Part shown: one piece after another, positions 30,008 through 39,722 of the stretch
Numbering within the stretch: position 1 is the first letter of the stretch
How the letters are laid out: each line of letters starts with the position of its first letter
Assembly: GCA_963710385.1 (NCBI GenBank)
Contig: CAVQAB010000011.1
Span: forward strand, 65,382 to 129,381
Length of the DNA stretch: 64,000 nt
DNA from: an uncultured Bacteroidales bacterium
Lineage (GTDB): Bacteria; Bacteroidota; Bacteroidia; Bacteroidales; GCA-2748055
Direction: 5' to 3'
The notes under the pieces: generated by a model
What the model saw: only the letters and a program-made list of their open reading frames with translations
The model's database searches: none
Told to the model about the DNA's origin: nothing
Position numbers and translations under genes: made by a program

Positions 30008-31312
30008 CTATCTTTCCATGGGTTTACCCATTTCAGAACGCCATTGTTGATAGGCCTGTTGCAGACGTGCAAGTTCATCTGGATGCTTATCTGAAAGGTT
30101 ATTCCGCTCCCCGATATCCGAATCCAGGTCGTACAGTTCGATCTCACCCTTTCGGTTCTTCACAAGTTTCCATTTGCCACTGCGCACGGCCCACCTCTTC
30201 TCGTCTCCATCCCAGAACAGGTAATCGTGCAATGTGCCCTCCTGTTCACCACAAATCAATGGATAGAGACTCCTGCCATCATAGGTTCGGTCTTCCGATA
30301 GCGAAATCCCCAAAACATCCATAATTGTAGGAAACAGGTCCAGGGAAATAACCGGCTCATGGATGGTGCCAGACTTGATCATTTCAGGCCAGGAAACTAT
30401 AAATGGCACCCTGATCCCACCTTCATAAGTACTTTGCTTATAATCACGAAGTGGCCTGTTGTCCGCATGAACCTTTGCTGCTCCCCCATTATCAGACAAA
30501 TAAAAGATGAGTGTATTGTCATAAGATCCTGTCTCCTTCAGGGTCGAGATCACCTGATCTACGGCCCGATCCATCCTGTAAAGCATACCCAGGTAGATGT
30601 CCCTCTCACTGTCACCGGTATTGAATTTGCTTACATCCTCTGCAGGAGCCTGAAGCGGCCAGTGTACCGCATTAAAGGGCAGGTAGAGAAAGAAAGGTTG
30701 TTTGCCGGCTGCACTATTTTCAATGAATCCACAGGCCTCCCTGGCCAGGTTATCGGTGAGATAGCCGGTGTCATTTATAATGATGGAATCCCGGTAAATG
30801 CAGTTGTGTTCATTCCCCGGTGTACATCCAAGCTCAAAATAGTCATGGGCACCATGTCCCAGAAATCCATAGAAGCGATCAAATCCCCTTTCAAGTGGAC
30901 GAAATGCAGGATCCAGTCCCAGATGCCATTTACCGAAAATGCCACAGGAATATCCTTCCTTTTTCAGGATATCAGCCAGTGTAATCTCATCAAGGGGCAA
31001 ACCCCTTCTGGAATCTACGGCCCTGTAAAAGCCAAAACGCTGCTGGTATCTTCCCGTTAGAAGTCCTGCCCTGGTGGGAGCACACACATAGGCACTGGCA
31101 TATGCATTTGTAAATACAATACCCTCCAGGGCCAGTTGATCAATACCGGTTGTAGTAACTTCCGAAGGATGTACTTGATAGCTGACATCTCCATAACCCT
31201 GGTCATCCGCCAGGATGATAATGATATTTGGCCGATTATGTACTGACTGCTTCTCTACGCAACTGCAGAGAATCAAACTAAAGCAGAACAGGGAGAATGA
31301 AAGTTTTTTCAT
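30008..31312 (-). CDS. S1-family arylsulfatase
   Basis: PNIIIILADDQGYGD is present, with the FGly motif CAPTRAGLLTGRY. The ATG at 31312 gives the signal peptide MKKLSFSLFCFSLILCSC. The longer ORF-track start (31351) would run through the terminator hairpin at 31327..31361. Confidence 0.85.
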   Translation of the reverse strand: MKKLSFSLFCFSLILCSCVEKQSVHNRPNIIIILADDQGYGDVSYQVHPSEVTTTGIDQLALEGIVFTNAYASAYVCAPTRAGLLTGRYQQRFGFYRAVDSRRGLPLDEITLADILKKEGYSCGIFGKWHLGLDPAFRPLERGFDRFYGFLGHGAHDYFELGCTPGNEHNCIYRDSIIINDTGYLTDNLAREACGFIENSAAGKQPFFLYLPFNAVHWPLQAPAEDVSKFNTGDSERDIYLGMLYRMDRAVDQVISTLKETGSYDNTLIFYLSDNGGAAKVHADNRPLRDYKQSTYEGGIRVPFIVSWPEMIKSGTIHEPVISLDLFPTIMDVLGISLSEDRTYDGRSLYPLICGEQEGTLHDYLFWDGDEKRWAVRSGKWKLVKNRKGEIELYDLDSDIGERNNLSDKHPDELARLQQAYQQWRSEMGKPMER

Positions 31313-31326
31313 GATGCTAAGGTAAG

Positions 31327-31361
31327 CAAAAAGCCACCGCTGCTTTCGCAACGGCGGCTTT
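31327..31361 (-). terminator. Intrinsic terminator downstream of the T9SS-cargo gene
   Basis: The minus strand reads AAAGCCGCCGUUGC-GAAA-GCAGCGGUGGCUUUUUGC. This is a stem of about 14 bp (two G.U pairs) with a GAAA tetraloop and a U-tract. Confidence 0.7.
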
Positions 31362-31421
31362 CACATTAATTATTTAATTGTGTATTCTGTGATAAATTAC
31401 TTTACAGATTAGCACAACACT

Positions 31422-32977
31422 TTACTTAACAATCAGCTTGTGTGTTTCTGATATTTCAGCAGTTCTTACATTTACGAAATACATACCTTTTACAAAATCG
31501 GACAGATCAACTTCAACGTTTGAACCTGTATTGTTTTGCTGGCTTCTCACCATTCTGCCATTGATGGTATAAATTTCGAAATCAAAACTATCTGATGAAG
31601 GATTGTTGATATAGAGTCTTCCTTCTGTGGGATTTGGATAAATTAAACTGGTGAAATCTACAGGGATTGATTTTACCCTGGTTCCACCGCCGCCTTCAGT
31701 ATACGTAATGTTCAATACTGGAGCTCCATCCGGATCACCATCAAATGATTCCATCTCCCTGTTAACATCATCAACTAATGTCGGCGGGTGCTGCGACTAC
31801 GATCATCATATCATTTCCTGAGGCCCATCCCTCCACTGCAATAATTTCCTGAACTACTGCTGCTATATCAGGGGTCTGCTCATTCACGCCTTTATCTAAT
31901 TTAGCTACGGATGCTCCTGGAGACCAGGCCACCTTGGCTGTTGTGGCAGGGCGACCGGAAACATTGAAAGGTCCTCAGGATTGGAGCTGCATCGGCTTCC
32001 AATGTTCCAAATACCTCAAGAGCGATGACTGATCTGTTGTACCTTCTACAACTTCGTTAACTGTAAATTGGACATATGCATTGTCTATCGTTGCACCTGC
32101 AGGAACTGTCACATCCGAGAAACGCATTCCCACAAATGTTGGCTCGTGATCATATCACTAATTCCAGGTCAGAACTACCACGGTCAACAGACCAACGGCA
32201 GCCCTCCAATATCTGATCTAGCCTCTTCTGCATCATCCAGGGCAGCAATAATATTGGACTTGCAATGGAGACCGGTCGTCGCCGCCGCCGCCACCTTCTG
32301 TGAAGGTAATATTCAATGTCGGCACTTGAGCCACATCTCCTCCAGCTCCATCAAATGATTCAACCGTCCTAGCAGCTCCGTCAGCATTATCCAGGTCATC
32401 CATCAGGATGATGAGATTATTTCCTGGAAGCCAACCTGCATCGGCAATGATTTCCATAATTATACTGCTTATATCCGGAGTCTGTTGATCTGGACCAGTT
32501 TCTCCATCTGTCGTCCATACAGGTGGTGTCCAAGGTACCATTGCTGTTGTTTTGGGGTAGACAGAGGTAATACCAAGATCGGCATCAGAGATAGGGGCTG
32601 TCGCATTGGCAACTTTACCCCCCCATATGTCAATCGTAACGGCCAATTCATTTTTATCTGCTTCGTCAGTTGTAAATTGAATATATGCATTGGTGACGGT
32701 TGCTCCAGCTGGAATTTGAACATCCCGGAAAACCAGTCCAATTATTTGTCGGAGGCCTTGTGTTTCAGCACAAAGTTCCAGGTCTGAACTGCCATCGTCC
32801 ATATAGCCAGCAGCTGGTTCAGTGTACCATCTCATCCAACTCTCATCCAGGGTTTCTTCCGTACTATCATTAGATCAACGTAGGAATCACAAGGGTGGTT
32901 TGCGAACTTGCGATAAAAGTAAACATTAGCATGGTTGCAAATACCATAGTTAATCTTGCGTAGAATTTTGATTTCAT
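31422..32977 (-). pseudogene. T9SS-secreted protein with two tandem copies of an uncharacterised ~170-aa 'SSDLEL...IQFT' module; about 8 frame disruptions as assembled
   Basis: The signal peptide MKSKFYARLTMVFATMLMFTFIASSQ starts at 32977. Module 1 is intact (ORF 32233..32835). Module 2 (31755..32232) is readable only by hopping frames: SVDRGSSDLELVI|DHEPTFVGMRFSDVTVPAGATIDNAYVQFTVNEVVEGTTDQS|VIALEVFGTLEADAAPI|PFNVSGRPATTAKVAWSPG...NEQTPDIAAVVQEIIAVEGWASGNDMMIVV. The C-terminal Por/T9SS sorting domain is YPNPTEGRLYINN...MYFVNVRTAEISETHKLIVK. Confidence 0.7.
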
Positions 32978-33359
32978 AATTTTTTTGTTTTTGAGATTAA
33001 ACTTATTGATTAAAATATGTTACATTGAGGATAAGCTAGATGAATGAGCCTCTCCCTAAAAAATTCCATTTGTTTTTCATAAATTATAATTTTGGGTGAA
33101 ACTTAATACTGTAATAATATACTCTTCAAATAATTTTCCATTAATAAAACCTTAAATGGTTATTAATAGAGCCAATTCTTCGCTATAATCACATTGGTTT
33201 ATACAGCTCTGAATACGCCAGCTAGAAAAAGAATTGGCATAATGTAATAAGAAATCTTCAAATGACCTAATTCGTCTCGCAAAATTGTACACAATTAATA
33301 GTTATTGAGATATTCTGATAATGAAAAAGTCTGTGCTGTAGTTGGACAATATGATCAGG

Positions 33360-35919
33360 CTACTTCTCTTCAATAATCTGAGAAAAACTTAATTTGTACT
33401 CTTCGTTATAGAGCTGCCTGTATTCACTAGCAAATTTAGTATAGGCTTTATTTGCAAGACTATGCTTTCCTTGTTTGATCAGCAATCTGCACTGGACTTT
33501 CAGAGCCTCTTCACTGACAGCATCAAATAGAAAGATGCAGTTGGTAAGATGCAGCAGGAATTCCGGGTCATCTTCTGATTTGGAAATATACCCGAGAAAT
33601 GTGTCGATAATCTCATTTGATATCTCGGACTTGAACGGATCGAGCCAATCGGCATTTGTATTGCTGAGAAAAGACCTGTTTTCAATGATCGACAGCAGAT
33701 CGACAATTTGCTCCCTGGTCAGTTTGGTTGTATGCTGAACAATTCGTAAATATTCGAAATAGTCTATGTAGATCCGGGAGGGATCAAAATCAAATTTCCA
33801 GTAACCTGTCTCCTTAGAGATGGAGGTTGTTTCAAGATTCTCAAGCAAAGATCTGAGTTTCACAATATTCACCGCCCTGTTGTTTCTTGCACTTTCCACT
33901 GATCTATCAAACCAGAAAGTCTCATATAGGGTATTGGAGGAGACACCTTTTTCATTGCGCAATGAGTGCAGCAGTATGAAGAGAAATATTTTCTTTGGCA
34001 GCGGGGTAAACTGACCAGTGATATCTATGCCATTCCTATCGATTACCTGGAATCCACCGAACAGGAAAATGGAGTTCTCCTTCTTCTTTTGGATCTTGCC
34101 TTGCGGGGCTATCACCGGTTCTCTTTCTGAAACACTCCTGCCTCTCTTGCGTCTATAGAAGCAAATATGCAGATCCAATCAGTACGAAAGCAGCAAATAA
34201 GTAGAGGAGCAGGGAGGGGTCGCTTTTTTCAGATGCAACCTCTTTTATGAAAAATGGTTGCGGCGGGAATGCGATGGTGTGGACAGCAACCGAGGTAATT
34301 TCCGTTGGACGTAAACCATGAAACAGCCACCAGGGAATTTGATTGTTTGCTGAAATGAAGATCAGCAAAGGAGCTAACATCCAGGAAACTATACTCAATG
34401 GCATCCGCAAGTTCTATGATTTCCGGATTTTCCAGAGGAATCCGTACCAGTTGAAGTTTGTTATCAAATTGATACTTGGGGAAATGGAGGGCATAGATGT
34501 TGTTCGAATCATCAAAAACCACTGAGTTTGCAAAACAGAATCCATCCCGTCTATTCTGAAATTCAGCTACATTGGAAAATGTACTGTCCTCCAGTGAGAA
34601 ACTGAGTATCTCGTAATAGTAGTCGGGATTTTCAGATTGTTTCCCGCTTTCACTGCCATAGCCGCCAACAATATAAAGCAGGCTATCCCGGGATTGAATC
34701 CTGATCCCGCCAGATACCTCGGGTGAAAATCTCCTTTGTAGCCAATACTATCAAATCGACTCTCTTTCCGGGTTCCATGCCAGCACTGAGTTTTTATACG
34801 TGTAATCTCCATATCCGCCAAATGTGATAATGGTACCGTCGGGTGCCATAAAACGGTTGTGGTGCCAGAATACAGTCAGGTCTCCTTCACCTGGGTCATG
34901 AGGGGACCACTCCATGTTTTCAAAATCAAAAAAGAGAGATAGTTGTAGTCCAGGGAATACAACACCAGTCTGCTGGAGATCGTATCGTAGAGTAACTCGC
35001 TGGTACTTTCAATGGGAGTAGGCGAGCTTTGAGCGATGCTTCTTAATCGAATTGTTCAGAAGATTGAATATGTGTATATAGTGTCCTTTGAAACAAGTAG
35101 AGATCATCATTCTTCGGGTCAAAGGTGGTCTTTATCTCTCCGGCTATCTTCATATCAAACAAGTGGTCCCATGTATTGTGTTGTTTCAGTAACCACCCGG
35201 GATTGATCGCTACTCCATTGTTCCCGCCTGGAATTGAATGTGCGATGGTTCCTTCGGTCTCATTCAGTGGCCACTTATAGGAAAGGCGATTCACCGCTTT
35301 TCACCTCAACATCCCGGATCATTATTCCCGGAACATCTGTGGAAGAAAAATTCCCATAAGAGTGAGCCCCGAACATCAACCTGAAACCCTCTTTGTAATC
35401 AAAACCTAGTGAGATTGTCCACAAGTACTCTGTCGTTCACAAGGCAGGTAATCAGATGGTTCTTGAAATCAATTTCGAACCTGAGTTTTATCCAATCATT
35501 CGTAAGTTCCTCAATCGGAACAAAAAATGCAATTTTGCTGGTCTTATCACCCAGGATCAATTCAAAGTTATTTGGATTCTCCGGGAGACCACCGTGGATT
35601 AAATCAATGTTGCGGTTGCCCAAAATTAAACGGAAAATATAGCCAAAATAAGATTCAAGGTCCGGTATCAAAACGGAGGTAGAATTGTAGATTCAAGATT
35701 CCCATTGATGTTAAGGGTATGCTCAGGAGTTAGATTGAGACCGGATCTCTGGTCGAGGGAAACTTCGTGCCCGGAGAATTTCATGCCATAGTACTGACCG
35801 GAAACAATCGCAAATGAGCATAAGAAAATGAACAGGAATAGCGACCGTATACTCGCTAGAAGAACTCCCCTTCGTACAACAATTCTTGTCACCTTCCTAT
35901 TTTTTTGATCTGGGTTCAA
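33360..35919 (-). pseudogene. One-component sensor-regulator: extracytoplasmic LamG-like and beta-propeller-like domains, a TM segment, then a cytoplasmic OmpR/SARP-type winged helix plus BTAD; at least 6 frame disruptions as assembled
   Basis: Seven consecutive same-strand ORF pieces (35668..35919, 35399..35671, 35043..35294, 34567..34821, 34229..34522, 34153..34410, 33360..34178) read as one protein. The N-terminal TM/signal is LFLFIFLCSFAIVSG. The LamG-like piece is FRLILGNRNIDLIHGG...WIKLRFEIDF. The TM segment is PSLLLYLFAAFVLIG. The wHTH is FLFGGFQVIDRNGIDITGQFTPLPKKIFLFILLHS...SSNTLYETFWFD...ARNNRAVNIVKLRSLLE. The BTAD-like tail is ...EEALKVQCRLLIKQGKHSLANKAYTKFASEYRQLYNEEY. Confidence 0.6.
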
Positions 35920-36092
35920 TTATACTCAAGGCTGATTCATTGCGAAGATGGTAGAATTTTGGAAGAAATCCAAGATCGTCAGCACTCAACACGTCACTTT
36001 GGTTTCATTACATATTAAGAATTAATTAATGTTTTTTTTTGCCCCATGCCTTATATTGTACTTTATTTAAGATATAATACACTGTTACAGCT

Positions 36093-37255
36093 ATGACAAA
36101 AAACAACTATCTTAAATCGACTCCCATATTCCTGGCCTTCCTGGTCATGGGTTTTGGGGATGTTTCCGGACCACTTACCAGCCAGTTACAATCCGATTTC
36201 AGCCTGAGCAATTTTGAAGCCGGACTGGTTACTTTCATGGCCTTCATTATGTTTGGACTGCTTTCCATTCCCATGGGACTCTACCAGGACCGCAAAGGAA
36301 GAAAGCATGTGCTCCTGATGGGTTTGTTCGCTGCCCTTATCGGGATGATCCTTCCCATTGTCGGTACATTATGAATCTTTTATTCTCATCCTGGGAGGAC
36401 TGCTGTTTATGGGTACCGGAGCCACACTGCTCCAGGTGGCAGGAAATCCGATTATGAGGGATGTTTCACCTGAAGGGAAAGTATTCCAGGAATCTTTCAT
36501 TCGGACAGTTTGTGAAAGCCATTGGATCTCTTTCCGGTTCGCTGATACCCATTGTTGCAGCCAGGTTCTGGGGACTGGACTGGAAAATTTTGTTTCCCAT
36601 CTACGGAAGTGTGATCATCCTGGTAGTGATCATCCTGCTTGCAACGAAAATTGAAGAGCAGGCTATCAAGGAAAAACCTGCCACATTGAAATCATGCTTC
36701 GGCCTTTTGAAGAATCCCTATGTGCTCCTGATGGTTATTGGAATTTTTCTCTACGTGGGCTCTGAAGTTAGCATGAGTGCCAAACTTCCCAACTTCCTGG
36801 AGGCAAAATTTGATTATCGATATCAAAGAGAAAGGTATTGATGGGTACACTCTTCTTTTTTATCTCATTAATGACAGGACGGTTTCTGGGTGGCGTGATC
36901 CTCAACTGGCTCTCACCGAAAAAGTTCCTGATTTATCACCAGTATCCTGTCCATTGCCGGCATTGCCGGTCTGTTTATTGCTCCCGGCCAGGTGATTGCA
37001 TTTGTATTTATTTTCATCATTGGACTCGGTTTTGCCAATATTTTCCCGCTTATATTCTCCATCACTGTGGATGCGTTGCCCGAAAGAAGCAATGAGATCT
37101 CAGGATTGATGGTTACGGCCATTATTGGTGGTGCCATTGTTCCGATCCTGTTTGGAGGAGTGGCCGACCTGTTCGGACTGATGGCCGGTTTTGTCGTTCC
37201 GGGCCTCTGTATGGTCTATATTCTTTATATCGCTTCACGAACTTCAAAAGCCTAA
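36093..37255 (+). pseudogene. MFS sugar transporter (FucP/GluP-like); 5 consecutive +1 frame disruptions as assembled
   Basis: The ORF pieces 36093, 36358, 36461, 36777, 36838 and 36992 step through frames 0,1,2,0,1,2. Together they read as one 12-TM protein of about 390 aa: ...GLYQDRKGRKHVLLMG..., ...GATLLQVAGNPIMRDVSPEGK..., ...NPYVLLMVIGIFLYVGSEVS..., ...IIGLGFANIFPLIFSITVDALPERSNEISGLMVTAIIGGAIVP... Confidence 0.75.
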
Positions 37256-37275
37256 GAAGATGGATATATACAGTG

Positions 37276-38368
37276 ATGATCGTGTGGTATCTGACGCTGG
37301 ATGCAGGAGGAACAAATTTTGTGTTTAATGCCTTTCAGAGGGGGAAGGCCATTTTGAATGGTATAAGAAAAGATGCCAATGCGGATCACCTGGGACGTTG
37401 CCTGGCCACCTTAAAGGATGGTTTTCGGGAGATCATACAGGAGTTGGAGGAGAAGCCGGTTGCCATCAGCTTCGCCTTTCCGGGTCCGGCGGACTATTCC
37501 AATGGAATCATTGATAACTCCAATAATCTGCCGGCTTTTCAGGGAGGTGTACCGCTAAAAAGTATTCTGGAGGAGGAATTTGGATTGCCTGTCTTCATTA
37601 ATAATGATGGAGATCTTTTTGCTTATGGTGAAGCATCTGGGAGGGCATACTTACCGCGAGATCAATGCCAAGCTAGAAGCTTCCGGGAGTCCCAAAAGAT
37701 ACCGGAACCTGGTTGGATTTACATTGGGTACCGGATTTGGCGGAGGTTTTGTTTCCAATGGTCAGTTAATTACCGGCGATAACGTTACCGCAGCTGAGGT
37801 CTGGCTCTTTAGCAACAGGCACAATGTTACAGTAAATGCCGAGGATGTGGTCAGCATCCGGGCGGTTCAGAGGGTCTACGCAGCCAATGCTGGAATTGAA
37901 TACCCCAATGAGCTGGAGCCCAAGGATATCTATGAGATAGCAAAGGGGATTAAGGAGGGTGATAAGGATGCTGCCCTTAAAGCTTATGAAGAGACCGGAC
38001 GTGCCCTGGGAGATACGGTAGCAAATGTACTTACATTTACTGATGGTATCGCGGTGATCGGAGGAGGGATTACCGGAGCCAGTGATCTCTATATGCCTGC
38101 AGTGATGGAAGAGTTGAATTACAAGTTCCGTCCCTCAAATGCGGATGAGCTGCCAAGGCTGGTGCAGAAAGTTTTCAACCTGGACGATGAAAAGGATCGG
38201 CATGATTTTTTCCAGGATTATTCCAAAACCCTTAAGATCCCGGGAACAGACAGGACCATATCATATGATCCGGTTCCCAGGCTGGCCATTGTGACCAGTA
38301 CCAGAGGAGCCAGTGAATCAATCTCCCTGGGAGCTTACGCCTTTGCCTTGCAACAAATCAGCTCCTGA
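37276..38368 (+). pseudogene. ROK-family sugar kinase; one frame disruption as assembled
   Basis: The N-terminal ATPase motif is LTLDAGGTNFVF. After the shift the sequence reads NLVGFTLGTGFGGGFV and AVIGGGITGA. The junction at about 37645 (G-run) reads ...AYGEASGG|HTYREINAKLE. Confidence 0.7.
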
Positions 38369-38420
38369 TATCAGCAAATCACAACCCTAATCTCAACAAT
38401 ATGCCAATTAAAAAATTGTT

Positions 38421-39623
38421 ATGAAAAATCTTATAAGCAGGACTCTTCTAAAATCAATCGGGTATTTGTGGATTTGCCTCCTGATTGCAGGAAGTTGTGC
38501 CACAAGCACTACTGATGAGTGGAATGCAAGTGACAAACTCAAAGAGGCATCCATAAAACTGGGAAAATCGCTGGAGATGCTAAATGATACAACCCTGAAT
38601 CCAAGGAACCTGGAAAATGATGTCGTCGGATTTGTGAGATCACGTGACTGGACCAGTGGCTTTTTCCCTGGAATGCTCTGGATGATGTATGAGTACACCG
38701 GGGATGAATCCTGGATTGAGCCTGCCCATCACTACTCCATGAATATTGAGAAGGAACAGTTTAATGGTGGAACCCACGATATGGGATTTAAGATGTACTG
38801 TAGTTTTGGCAATGGATACCGGCTCACCTACAATCCTCATTACAAGGATATATTAATACAAAGCGCATCCACACTGATGACACGTTTTAATCCTGTGGTT
38901 GGATCAATCCGTTCATGGGACCATAACAGCGACAAATGGGATTACCCGGTGATCATCGACAACATGATGAACCTGGAATTGTTGTTTTGGGCCACAAAAG
39001 AGACCGGTGATTCCTCTTTTTACAATGTAGCGCTCCGGCATGCCGAGACCACCTTGAAAAACCATTATCGCGACGACCATAGCTCGTTCCATGTGATCTC
39101 ATATGATACCCTTACAGGCGAGGTGGTAAAGCGAAATACCCACCAGGGTTTCTCAGATGAATCTGCCTGGAGCCGGGGGCAGGCATGGGGTCTTTACGGT
39201 TTTACAATGACATACCGGGAGACTGGTGAAGAGCGCTTCCTTGATCAGGCAAAGGCCATCGCTGATTTTCTGCTGGAACATCCTAACCTCCCTGCCGACA
39301 AAGTGCCTTACTGGGACTTTGATGCATCCGGACAGCCCGATATTGCAAGGGACGTTTCTGCGGCAGCCATCATGGCATCTGCCCTTTATGAATTGTCAGC
39401 CTCTTGTCCGGATGAAAAAGCACATTATGTTGAGGCTGCAGATCAAATCCTTCAGGCACTTTCATCAACATATAATTTGAAGGACGAAGAACCTTACCCG
39501 TTTTTGCTTGATCACAGTGTGGGAAATTTCAACAAGGACTCGGAAATGGATGTGCCTATCATCTACGCTGATTATTATTACCTGGAGGCATTGATGAGAA
39601 GGTTGAATTTAATAGATCCATAA
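38421..39623 (+). CDS. GH88 unsaturated glucuronyl hydrolase
   Basis: 400 aa. The motifs DWTSGFFPGMLW, THDMGF, VIIDNMMNLELLFWA and SRGQAWGLYGF are typical of GH88. The lipoprotein-like signal is LLIAGSC. Confidence 0.8.
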   Translation: MKNLISRTLLKSIGYLWICLLIAGSCATSTTDEWNASDKLKEASIKLGKSLEMLNDTTLNPRNLENDVVGFVRSRDWTSGFFPGMLWMMYEYTGDESWIEPAHHYSMNIEKEQFNGGTHDMGFKMYCSFGNGYRLTYNPHYKDILIQSASTLMTRFNPVVGSIRSWDHNSDKWDYPVIIDNMMNLELLFWATKETGDSSFYNVALRHAETTLKNHYRDDHSSFHVISYDTLTGEVVKRNTHQGFSDESAWSRGQAWGLYGFTMTYRETGEERFLDQAKAIADFLLEHPNLPADKVPYWDFDASGQPDIARDVSAAAIMASALYELSASCPDEKAHYVEAADQILQALSSTYNLKDEEPYPFLLDHSVGNFNKDSEMDVPIIYADYYYLEALMRRLNLIDP

Positions 39624-39722
39624 ATCGCCTTAGAATTACATCTTAAAGGTGAAAGAATTATGTAGGTTTGGTATTTCTATCTCGGAATCTGTTGAAGAAA
39701 TCTTTGATTGATTTTTAGGCCT

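Noticed and set aside
31313-31351. The longer start (MRKQRWLFAYLSI...) for the sulfatase at 30008.
   Set aside because: The extension is encoded by the terminator hairpin of the upstream gene (31327..31361). The ATG at 31312 gives a canonical signal peptide.
36777-36995. The 72-aa and other small same-strand ORFs between 36358 and 37095, considered as separate genes.
   Set aside because: They are frame-hopped segments of a single MFS transporter. The TM helices and conserved loops continue across the pieces.
39624-39722. A possible cobalamin riboswitch upstream of the MttB-family gene.
   Set aside because: The leader is only about 100 nt long, and I could find no B12-box-like GCCACTG core or extended conserved helices. 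The question remains open to a covariance-model scan.
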